Virus record (IMG/VR): IMGVR_UViG_3300007754_000004
Location: 1 to 64,000 of that record
Length of the DNA stretch: 64,000 nucleotides
Reading direction: 5' to 3' (one strand)
Origin: a virus
In this document: positions 54,301-61,775 of the stretch, one piece after another
How the letters are laid out: each line of letters starts with the position of its first letter
Numbering within the stretch: position 1 is the first letter of the stretch
Program-made: the position numbers and the translations under genes
Notes under the pieces: model-generated
The model's input: the letters and a program-made list of their open reading frames with translations, nothing else
The model's database searches: none
Told to the model about the DNA's origin: nothing

Positions 54301-54402
54301 AACCCCGCCCGCGCTTGGGGCAAGGGAAACAGCCTCAACGCTGTCCTGGGCAGCGAGACCCGACCCGACCTGGAGGTCACCGGGGTTGTTACTACGAGGC
54401 AT
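51388..54402 (-). CDS. putative virion structural protein (1004 aa)
   Basis: TGATG-coupled; HVDDPTAAHAASAI fibre-type motif; G/S/T/D-rich. Confidence 0.72.
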   Translation of the reverse strand: MPRSNNPGDLQVGSGLAAQDSVEAVSLAPSAGGVSSVSGHVDDPTAAHAASAIALEDESGSFDGDSTQEGFDELAALVPPRPPGLGKDLSYLTFSGVPDWGVLKLNDAGLVANGVVTCPDITAPNADTDIYPYFHVLPKYADGFTTPGNDPSTDSTFNVADGTYTGGGSGDTYQGGFTRGSAVIETARVMPKPGSGNSYAVVSGAVYPADRGVLALLYFPAGGTLADFTGQAQNLRCIAALSLGSGKVSGCDGDPGGMFTLGDSTSDGFDPYTFPGRATGQFDLSELHTGVSSTGGVSPPAADTTVGMTRLGFDILGGTTSASAPTLAGAADNRDDNNFFRYRLPYLNDYSTSTGLRFTPTAERTRYFSKPTIALNAGTDLTQAGDFTDFETTYWTFQLARFRQRFEFPTVAGGDARDIGSFLLLHFKTEAAFEALVVDGTSPADSALWSANIVNWTNVELPANLSTGSSPFDPAGSYRIVRGAHIEDDDGTAAPVFVNTVYTFDPGSPVNVQVLSGVSYFIPSTQLNPWKITSLPMEATGVWDSSYRVGNGTPASSGLEGPDVGFLWVGPFAQGTTFSVPAGTGTSKAGRIEMNMTHLGDTDGPFSLVAPPGLTDKADFTIAGTGFQPTGDDSAPSFSRDARVRMFIRRPLGNSAAATAVYGTTILETNGDTLLFHSTDESVYANPATATTAAAGTQTAQKDVEERFLDEVYRYDATFPGVSAGDQALLVGPGLGGASSAIDVPVRAGTTAVSGYDTSSWVQLGNHLSSIPAGELQVAGLPDRNPPLSDGVASAFPSAGVLIFPQHDYSSGMRPSGPSGDSDIAADQPDYSSETGDRIYIRAFDVGFKNSGTPVAAEGSALFTLKVKGLLLNDFAYDPPGPGAPEIAILVKVPGRTTWMDLGRGDGAGPSKQDSFQDGAGCQVTGPATFDDVDAVSGVVECQVRVHVGPAATLFVSAEGTVPVLVKVIIKDTAGGKALNLEQGGSSGTVDNLRGLVGLEIIRS

Positions 54403-57400
54403 CAGCTACTCACCGTCAACAAGAGGTTGCGAGTCCGATAAACCGCGGCACAGGTTCGGTTACCTGAGTCCACGAATCGGACAGTGTTTTCCTCGTCCAA
54501 CTCTGCAAGGCGACTGACCACCACCAACAACACCTCATCCTTCCGGAAGAGCAGCGAGTCCGCCGTCGCTCGGGCCAGGAAAGGAATGAAGACCTTGTGG
54601 CGGACGACTCCGCTGAGACCCTGGGCGAACGCGGTAGGCCGGTAAGAGGAGGTGTCCGAGACCTTGTACATTGCCCGGAACTCAACATCCTTGTCCGCAG
54701 ACGAGAACGTGAAGTTCCCGGTGCCGTCTACAGGAACCAGCCCACGGAGGTTGAGCAACCCTGTCTCTGCGTTGAAATCGTCAATGGAGATGTTGCTCGT
54801 CGCCGCGAAGTACCACTCACCTGGGAAGTTGCTGGTCCCGTCGTCGTTGACGGGAATCTGATCCAGGGGAGCCAGATACGGGTAAGGCAGATCGACCGAC
54901 CCCATCCCTACCTGACCCGTCCACAGCCCCTCGGACATAACCAGAGGTTCTACCGTCAGGGGATCCGGAAGCTCGCTCATCGGAGCGTTTCGAGTGCCCA
55001 CAGTTTGAGGTGCGTTGCTACGGAAGTAAACCCCGACCTGATAGCCGCCCCCGCTGGCACCATAGTTCGGGACCGGGTCCTGAGCGAAATACGTGATCTG
55101 GCAGAGGGTCTGCCCCGCTCCGGAGAGAGGATCCTTGGACGGTGATCCACCCGCAGTGTCGAGCACGATCTTTCGGCTACTCGACCCGTACTCGGTAGAC
55201 GCAGCGGCTACATCATGTGCCTGAGAAGCCACCTGATCCGTAACCCCCGTGAGGTGAGACCCTGACCCGTAGATCCGGCGAAGAGGGTGGATGTTGGTCG
55301 TGTCCCGTGAGACCACCGTGTCCGTGATAGGGGTACCTGATCCGAAACCGGTCCCGGGGTCGTTCGCTATATACTCCAGCCCGACCTCACGATAACCGCT
55401 ACGGAAAGTCGGGCTCAAGAGATTCTCCATGTCGCCGGGGCGTTGGCTGGTGGCGTTCTCCAGAACCGGACCACGAGGCCAGGGGCCAGCGTCCGGGCTC
55501 AAGGTCACGTCCGGGGTATCCGTGACGCCCACACCCATCGGGTAGGTCAGCTCAACCTCAAGGAAGACCCGCCGCTGAGAACCAACGTCCGAGCTGGTGC
55601 CCACCATCGCATGATCAGGGTTCCCAGAGTCGCCCCCGTTCACCTGAACCTCATTAGCGTCCAGAGTGAGCTGGAGATGACCCGTCCCGACCCCGGTGAT
55701 GGACTTGAACTGGACCGCCTGATCTACAGCGGTGGTGTAGTGCCCGTCATCATGCCACGCCCCGAGAACATCCGTAATCATCGTCCCTGGAGGAGCGAAA
55801 TCAAGAACACTCGCGTTGTGACCAGGACCGGGGCCCGAGAAGGTCGCGTTCGCGGGATCAAAAGCCCCCATCGTGGAAGCATTCAACTCCGTCAAGTCCA
55901 GGTTGAGAACGTCGCCCTCACCCCAGCCATTCCAGGCTCCATTCGCCTGGGCCACATACTTCCCAGGGTATGTCCCTGAGTCATAGGAAGGCACGAACTC
56001 GAAAACCACCCGCTCGACCACCGCCTGATCAGCAAATCGTCGAGCGACGTGATCGAAATTCCGGATCGTGTCACCGCGAGTTGTCGAACCGCTCGTGGGG
56101 TTGTTTCCGCCGTGGGTCGTGTCTCGGCCAATCTGATTGCAGACCAGGAACTTCGTGGACACATCACCCGAGCCTGACCCGAGGGTCTGCTTGTCCGAAG
56201 CGTCCACAGCCCAGGTAGCCGTCTGCCCGTCAAGGAGACTCTGCATCTGGAATTGCAGCTCAGCGGCGAAGTCAAAGCCCATCGCCGCGACGTGCCGCCG
56301 GAGGTCAAGGAGGTCCCGGCTGTTAATCGCGTCCGAGAAGGCGCCGTCAGGACGATCGGACTCTCCCACCGCAATGACACCAACCTGAGGATTCGTGAAC
56401 CCCGTGTGCGTGCTGGGGAGCCCTCCGTTCGCGTTCGTCTGCGGATCCCAACCTGATCCAGCCCCCCCGTTGTAGGAGTTGTTCCGCCGGAACACGAAAC
56501 ATACCGGGATGGCGTAGACGAAACCATCTACCGTGCCCAGAGCACTCGCCGCAGTGGAGGAACCATCACCCGCGACCCACAACCCGCTGTCCTCTCGATC
56601 ATAGGCGACAGCGGAGCTGTTGGAGCTGGTAGAAGACAGGTCCGCGGCGACAAAGGGATAGCCAGCGACCGGGCTGGCTTCCGCCCCTTGAGCGAGAATC
56701 GCGGTGTTGGAGAAACCCTCGGGCTGTGTCTTGTGGTTGACCGCGATGGTCTGACCCGTCGTGCGAAGCCGATACTGGACCTGCACCCGCTTGGTCGTCT
56801 CCGCGTCCACCACCGTGTCCTCGATATCATCATCAAGCCACACGCCGCTGGGAGAGTCTACATTGCCGTGCCGGTAGATCTTGTCCTGAGCAGGCTTGTT
56901 CGCCGTATCAGAACCCCCAGCCAGAGTCGCCCCGGATAGGACGAAAGCCGTCGCATCGCTAGTCGCCAGAGTGATCGAGTTGCCGGCGGCGCCTGGGGTC
57001 GCGGCCTTGACGGTGACCGTGTCCGTTCCGTTGGACGCCGCGGTCACCGTCGTGATGTAGGTCCCGATAGCCGAAGCGAGGTTGGACGCCGTCAGAACAT
57101 CCGACGCCCCAATCAAAAACTCGTTCGCCCCGGGAGCAGCAGCCCTCGCCGTCAGCACAGTCCCGTCAATGGTCGTTGTGTCCCCGTCGTCCATATTGGA
57201 GGTGACCGTCTGAATAGTCCCGGACGCCCGAGGGGACCGAGAAACCAGGGCTCGCCACACCTCCAAGAAGACAAAATCTGTCCGCTTCACGTCCGGGGCT
57301 GAGCCCCCGAAGACCGGAGCCGAGTCCAGGGTGATCAGGTTGTCTCCGCTCGTGGTGGTCCCCGTAAACTCAACCACCACAGGCATCCCGGCGACTACAG

Positions 57401-57692
57401 CGGTCCTCCTCGTCATATGGAAGGCGTCAACCGCAAATCCGGGATCCGCAGGAAGATCAAAGCTGAAATCGGCGTACCCGTTGTGTCGAGTCTGACCCCT
57501 GAGCCAACCCGAGGGATGCTGCCATTGGCGGAGCAAGCCCCGAACCTCTTGAGCGATATCCCCCGGGAGGTTCAAATCCGCGTCCAAGACCGGATGACCC
57601 GCCTGCATCACCACGGCATCGAAGGACCGCTCCCCTGCGGGGAGATGCCGCGATACATCTGATCCCGAGAAATACTTATCGCGGTTCGCCAC
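54402..57692 (-). CDS. large virion (baseplate/tail-associated) protein, 1096 aa; paralog of 22495-27846
   Basis: VVMQAGHPVLDADLN, RTDFVFLEVW, ETTKRVQVQYRLR, DGFVYAIPVCFVFRRN, RPDGAFSD..DLLDLRR. Confidence 0.78.
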   Translation of the reverse strand: MANRDKYFSGSDVSRHLPAGERSFDAVVMQAGHPVLDADLNLPGDIAQEVRGLLRQWQHPSGWLRGQTRHNGYADFSFDLPADPGFAVDAFHMTRRTAVVAGMPVVVEFTGTTTSGDNLITLDSAPVFGGSAPDVKRTDFVFLEVWRALVSRSPRASGTIQTVTSNMDDGDTTTIDGTVLTARAAAPGANEFLIGASDVLTASNLASAIGTYITTVTAASNGTDTVTVKAATPGAAGNSITLATSDATAFVLSGATLAGGSDTANKPAQDKIYRHGNVDSPSGVWLDDDIEDTVVDAETTKRVQVQYRLRTTGQTIAVNHKTQPEGFSNTAILAQGAEASPVAGYPFVAADLSSTSSNSSAVAYDREDSGLWVAGDGSSTAASALGTVDGFVYAIPVCFVFRRNNSYNGGAGSGWDPQTNANGGLPSTHTGFTNPQVGVIAVGESDRPDGAFSDAINSRDLLDLRRHVAAMGFDFAAELQFQMQSLLDGQTATWAVDASDKQTLGSGSGDVSTKFLVCNQIGRDTTHGGNNPTSGSTTRGDTIRNFDHVARRFADQAVVERVVFEFVPSYDSGTYPGKYVAQANGAWNGWGEGDVLNLDLTELNASTMGAFDPANATFSGPGPGHNASVLDFAPPGTMITDVLGAWHDDGHYTTAVDQAVQFKSITGVGTGHLQLTLDANEVQVNGGDSGNPDHAMVGTSSDVGSQRRVFLEVELTYPMGVGVTDTPDVTLSPDAGPWPRGPVLENATSQRPGDMENLLSPTFRSGYREVGLEYIANDPGTGFGSGTPITDTVVSRDTTNIHPLRRIYGSGSHLTGVTDQVASQAHDVAAASTEYGSSSRKIVLDTAGGSPSKDPLSGAGQTLCQITYFAQDPVPNYGASGGGYQVGVYFRSNAPQTVGTRNAPMSELPDPLTVEPLVMSEGLWTGQVGMGSVDLPYPYLAPLDQIPVNDDGTSNFPGEWYFAATSNISIDDFNAETGLLNLRGLVPVDGTGNFTFSSADKDVEFRAMYKVSDTSSYRPTAFAQGLSGVVRHKVFIPFLARATADSLLFRKDEVLLVVVSRLAELDEENTVRFVDSGNRTCAAVYRTRNLLLTVSS

Positions 57693-57728
57693 GTAGCCTC
57701 CGAAGGACTCGACCTTACCTGCTGCCTG

Positions 57729-57744
57729 CTATAGAGCGCCTACC
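57729..57744 (-). promoter_or_regulatory. putative late promoter motif GGTA-N6-CTATAG
   Basis: Upstream of the 1096-aa gene. Confidence 0.55.
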
Positions 57745-57753
57745 GGAAGAGGA

Positions 57754-58410
57754 CTACGATTCGCCTTCATTGGTGACCCAGAAGTCTCGGGTCAGCATAG
57801 AAGCTCGCCCCTCAGACATGCTTATGGCTTCCTTTACCCGCAGGCCGATCCCTGACTTGAGCGTCTGCGAACCCTGCTTGAGACGATGAAGGTTCAAATA
57901 CACAATCTCTTGCGCGGTCACGTCCACGAACCCAACAAGAAGCTGGGAAGGGTCGTCCGCGAGGAGGAGGCTATGACCCTCAAGGGCTCTCGCCCTCATC
58001 GTCTTCAAGTAACTATCCAACGAATCAGGCCGGATAACCGCTCGCCAGTCCGAATTTGGGTTCCGCCCTGTGTCTATGTCGTCTGAAGGCAGGGGATCCC
58101 CGGACCAGAAGGCTTCCGTCAGAAGGAACGCCCGTCCAGCCGGGTACCGGATTGCTTCCCGGATTCTTTGAGCTTGGGAGCCCGCCGGCTCATCGTCACC
58201 GCCTCCCCATCCCTTGATGTATCGAAGGCCCACCTTGAAGGACTCGCCTGTATCCTTATCCACGAAGCCAATATGTCGAGTCCGAGGGTTATCCTCGCTC
58301 TCCAAGGAGGCCCCCGCCTCTACCCGAAGCTTGATCTCCGCAAGAAACTCGTCGAAGGAGTAGAACTCAACGATCCTACCCAGATCAAAGACACCGTGCC
58401 CTTTTTTCAT
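57754..58410 (-). CDS. hypothetical protein made of two tandem ~90-aa domains (~218 aa)
   Basis: GFVD...EAI....GRA..LT..FW occurs twice. Confidence 0.7.
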   Translation of the reverse strand: MKKGHGVFDLGRIVEFYSFDEFLAEIKLRVEAGASLESEDNPRTRHIGFVDKDTGESFKVGLRYIKGWGGGDDEPAGSQAQRIREAIRYPAGRAFLLTEAFWSGDPLPSDDIDTGRNPNSDWRAVIRPDSLDSYLKTMRARALEGHSLLLADDPSQLLVGFVDVTAQEIVYLNLHRLKQGSQTLKSGIGLRVKEAISMSEGRASMLTRDFWVTNEGES

Positions 58411-58587
58411 CTCTCTTCCCTCTATGCCTGGGCACATTACCCGAGATACTCGTATAAGAGCGTGACCCTCAAACCGAGCAACCTTTGACACCGCTCCAAG
58501 AACTCTGCTGCCTCGTAGGATTCCCGGCCAGCATCGACCGAGACCTGCTCATCACGAGAGCCGTGAGCCGACACTGCGGAGGCAACC

Positions 58588-59034
58588 GTGTTCCCTAGCC
58601 ACGACCTGTCCGGTCTCTATGGCTTCCTCTCCCCTTCCCAGGGTCAGCAGTTGGCAGCCCTGGAGAAGGACTACCGGAGGCTCCTCGCAGCCGCGGAAAA
58701 GGACCGTCAGATTCTCCTCGGCGTGCTCGACACCATCGGAGTGCGGCTGGACGAGCTGGTCCCGGACCCCGAGGTAGCCAAGGCCCGGGTTCTCCACTAT
58801 ATGAACCTCTGGAAGGAGGATAGGGCAGACTCCTCCCGATGGCAGGAGATCGACCAGGAAGACGAATCGACGTGGCCCCCGAACAACGAGTGGACTCTCA
58901 ACTGGAACGAGAGTGAGTGGTACGTCGAGGTCCCCGGGAATTTCCGAGGGATGGTGGACGAGTCCCCTGAACACTTCCACGGGATCAAATACCTCATCCT
59001 CTCCTTCCACGGGAAGGTGCCCGGTGGATCCTGA
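58588..59034 (+). CDS. hypothetical protein (148 aa)
   Basis: GGAGG SD before GTG. Confidence 0.65.
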   Translation: MFPSHDLSGLYGFLSPSQGQQLAALEKDYRRLLAAAEKDRQILLGVLDTIGVRLDELVPDPEVAKARVLHYMNLWKEDRADSSRWQEIDQEDESTWPPNNEWTLNWNESEWYVEVPGNFRGMVDESPEHFHGIKYLILSFHGKVPGGS

Positions 59035-59566
59035 ATCCTGGCCCGCCGCCCTCCCCAGCGGCAGCACCTACGCCAATATCCAACATCCGGTACTCGCCCG
59101 AAGTCAATCGCACAAAGAGCCCGTGAGAGCGATCCTAGGCCCCTATCGGCGGGGTGAGCTGGTCGTCCCCGACTACCAGAGGGGGCGAGTCTGGACGCCT
59201 CGACAGCAGGCGGAATTCACGGGCTTCCTGCTGGAAGGCGGACCCGTCCCCGCGATCTTCATCCGAGACGTGGACACCGACGATGGGTTCCGAGACGAGC
59301 TGGTAGACGGGCAGCAACGGATCCTCGCCCTCATCGCGTGGGAAGATGAGAAGATCCCCGCGATCCTGCCCTCGCAGAACCGCTGCATCTGGAAGCGAGA
59401 TATGGAGTGGCCCGGCTGGAGGATGAACATCTGCCTACCGGTTGGCCGTTTCCGAGGAACCCGAGCAGAAGCCATGAGCCTCTACCTCGCCATCAACACC
59501 AAGGGGACGCCGCATACACAAGCGGAACTCGACCGGGTTCGGGGAATGTTGGAAAAGGAGAGGTAA
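59024..59566 (+). CDS. stand-alone DUF262 (GmrS/ParB-like) domain protein (~180 aa)
   Basis: VPDYQRGRVW, PVPAIF, LVDGQQR, INTKGTP. Confidence 0.85.
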   Translation: MDPESWPAALPSGSTYANIQHPVLARSQSHKEPVRAILGPYRRGELVVPDYQRGRVWTPRQQAEFTGFLLEGGPVPAIFIRDVDTDDGFRDELVDGQQRILALIAWEDEKIPAILPSQNRCIWKRDMEWPGWRMNICLPVGRFRGTRAEAMSLYLAINTKGTPHTQAELDRVRGMLEKER

Positions 59567-59589
59567 CTCTTAGGGGGTTGGTTCGTATA
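59562..59589 (+). promoter_or_regulatory. ECF-like promoter motif GGTAAC-N16-CGTATA
   Basis: Motif copy on the plus strand, ahead of plus-strand genes. Confidence 0.6.
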
Positions 59590-59605
59590 CCCCATTAACC
59601 TGGAG

Positions 59606-59830
59606 TTGAACATGTCCCCCCGACTCATCAACCTCACCAAGAGAATTCTCCGGGCGCGTTCCGTCATCGCGGCGGACGTGAATCGGGCGAGTCCTGAGAA
59701 CGACCTCCTGAGAGGGGTCGCTGGGAGCCTGTCTCACCTCACCCGGGATATCGCGACCCTGACCGTTCTCATGGAGAACGAGGGTGCCGCCTGGGAGGAA
59801 ATCCTCGCTCATCTGGAGAACAGCTCGTGA
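59606..59830 (+). CDS. hypothetical protein (74 aa)
   Basis: GGAG SD; GTGA overlap with the next gene. Confidence 0.6.
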   Translation: MNMSPRLINLTKRILRARSVIAADVNRASPENDLLRGVAGSLSHLTRDIATLTVLMENEGAAWEEILAHLENSS

Positions 59831-60117
59831 CCGTCGAACGTTTCGTCAAGTCTCCTGGGGAAGCCCCCTCCACCACCCTCCCCGACGGCTCCACGATGAC
59901 CGTCTACGGCGACCACACGCCCACCTGGGTCCGCCTCCCGCCGGACCTGGGAGGCGCCCGAGTGGCCGTGACCCACGCCCGGGAAGTGACGTGCCCCATG
60001 ATGGGCTGCGGGAGTCACCGGGGCTTCGTTACCTCCGCGCCCGCTCCCAGGGACGGGATGATCGCCTTGGTGGAATGCCCAGAGTCCTCCCGGATCTTCT
60101 GGGTTCGGGTTCAGTGA
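59827..60117 (+). CDS. hypothetical protein (96 aa)
   Basis: Coupled ORF. Confidence 0.55.
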   Translation: MTVERFVKSPGEAPSTTLPDGSTMTVYGDHTPTWVRLPPDLGGARVAVTHAREVTCPMMGCGSHRGFVTSAPAPRDGMIALVECPESSRIFWVRVQ

Positions 60118-60151
60118 GACTCGCCTGGAGTCTCCTCTCGGAGGCTGAGAC

Positions 60152-60673
60152 GTGAACCTCCCAGACTTATGCGAAGCCCTCGGGATCCCTTATTCTCCGG
60201 ACACCGCCCATCGTACCGAAGACAAGATGTGGGAGACCCCCTGGGATGGGAAGCAGCTCCACGGGGCTTGTGAGGGCGGCCTGAGTCGTGAAGCGGACCT
60301 CTTTCACGATATCGGACACTGGCTAGTGGCGTCTCCTGACCGCCGACACCTCATCGGTTTCGGTCTAGGACCGTCCTACGACGGAGCTGGGGGGGATCAA
60401 AAAGACGATCCCCTCTTCAAAGCCTATGTCCTGGTGGAACCGGAAGTCCAAGCCTCCGCCGTTGGAATCCTACTCCACGCACAACAGGATCCAACTCAGG
60501 CCGGCTTCCATGCCGACGAACATGGCTGGTTTGACCCCGGGGATCGCTGGACAGATCTCCGAGAATCTATCCGGAAAGAGATCCCGGAACGAGTCCTCGT
60601 GCTCCTAGAATCCGCTGGTGTGGAGATTGACTGGTCCTGCATCGATTTCAGGAAGTCAACCCCTCCTCAGTGA
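60152..60673 (+). CDS. hypothetical protein with an HDIGH (HExxH-like) motif
   Basis: LFHDIGHWLVA...EVQAS; GGAGG SD. Confidence 0.6.
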   Translation: MNLPDLCEALGIPYSPDTAHRTEDKMWETPWDGKQLHGACEGGLSREADLFHDIGHWLVASPDRRHLIGFGLGPSYDGAGGDQKDDPLFKAYVLVEPEVQASAVGILLHAQQDPTQAGFHADEHGWFDPGDRWTDLRESIRKEIPERVLVLLESAGVEIDWSCIDFRKSTPPQ

Positions 60674-60959
60674 CCGTGAATTCATCCCGCTCCGTCACCT
60701 CGTTCATCTCCTTGGAGTCCGGTGCATACTCCTTGGGGAGACCCTTGACCTTCAAACGGTCAATCCCATCCCCATCCACGAACACCTTGACGACCCGACT
60801 GGAACCCCAGACCCCGAGTAGTTCCACGGCTCCAAGGAAACGACAGATCTTCTGGACGGTCTCGGGTCTCCCCGAGATTTTCAAGTCCACCGTCTCGGTC
60901 TCCTGAGCCTGACGACGAAGCCAATGGCCGGCAACACGAGAGGATGAGGGTTTGGACAC
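60648..60959 (-). CDS. hypothetical protein (~103 aa)
   Basis: GTG start with AGGAGG SD; late-type motif at 60985-60999. Confidence 0.6.
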   Translation of the reverse strand: MSKPSSSRVAGHWLRRQAQETETVDLKISGRPETVQKICRFLGAVELLGVWGSSRVVKVFVDGDGIDRLKVKGLPKEYAPDSKEMNEVTERDEFTVTEEGLTS

Positions 60960-60984
60960 GGTAACCTCCTGTTCCATCCAGGAA

Positions 60985-60999
60985 CATAGAGGGACTACC
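60985..60999 (-). promoter_or_regulatory. putative late promoter motif GGTA-N6-CTATG
   Basis: Motif copy. Confidence 0.5.
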
Positions 61000-61098
61000 A
61001 CCTCAAACGAAACGACCTAGCTCGTCCCGTGACGACAAGCAGAGCAGGTTTTCATGCCTGGGATATTAGGTTTTCCCTACCCGCTACGTCAAGTGATT

Positions 61099-61746
61099 TT
61101 AACCCGAGCTGATCCGCCACGTAACCCCGAAACGAGCCGTTGCGGCGATCGTGACGACCCCGTGGGTCAAGTAGTTCGCGAGGATATCGTAGTTGGTGAG
61201 GTCCACCGTCGTATCCCGAGTCGGGTAGGTGTCCGGGTTATGGTTCTTCACCGCGACGTTGGAGGAGATGGTGGACAACAAGCCCATCTCATTGAGAGGG
61301 CCTACAGCCTCTCCCTCCCCGAACGAGACCGTATAGTCCACGATGTTGGTCGGGTAGCTGACCGCTGCCCCATCAGTATCCCGATAGACGACGGAGCTGA
61401 AGGCTTTCCGGGCGATCTCAGCGTTGAGCTTCCGCTGAGCCTTGTCAGGAGCGTCAGGGGACAGCAGGGCTCCTGTAGCCCCGGTACCCACCGCCAACAT
61501 GTTGATCCCGTTGGTTCGACTGGAAGGATCCTTGAGGAGGATCGCGGCTAGGATGCCGGCGTCGTGGGTGATGAGGTTCCGCTTGTGGAACTTGTGGAGG
61601 GTTCGCCCGGTCTTCGCATCCCAGGCGTGGAAGAACACCTCCCCGATCTTCTGACCCGGAGCCGGGTCAGCGTAATGGAAGTGGAAAGCCATCGACACGT
61701 CATCGCCGCCGGGCTTCATCTCGTCGTAGTGAATGATGTTGCTCAT
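61099..61746 (-). CDS. putative baseplate/tail-collar protein (215 aa)
   Basis: NLIT..AG, MLAVGTG, LNAEIARK, GEAVGPLNEMGL, VTWRI pattern typical of tail-collar/baseplate proteins. Confidence 0.7.
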   Translation of the reverse strand: MSNIIHYDEMKPGGDDVSMAFHFHYADPAPGQKIGEVFFHAWDAKTGRTLHKFHKRNLITHDAGILAAILLKDPSSRTNGINMLAVGTGATGALLSPDAPDKAQRKLNAEIARKAFSSVVYRDTDGAAVSYPTNIVDYTVSFGEGEAVGPLNEMGLLSTISSNVAVKNHNPDTYPTRDTTVDLTNYDILANYLTHGVVTIAATARFGVTWRISSG

Positions 61747-61775
61747 AAAGTCCTCGATGCCACCTTACCGGGGCC

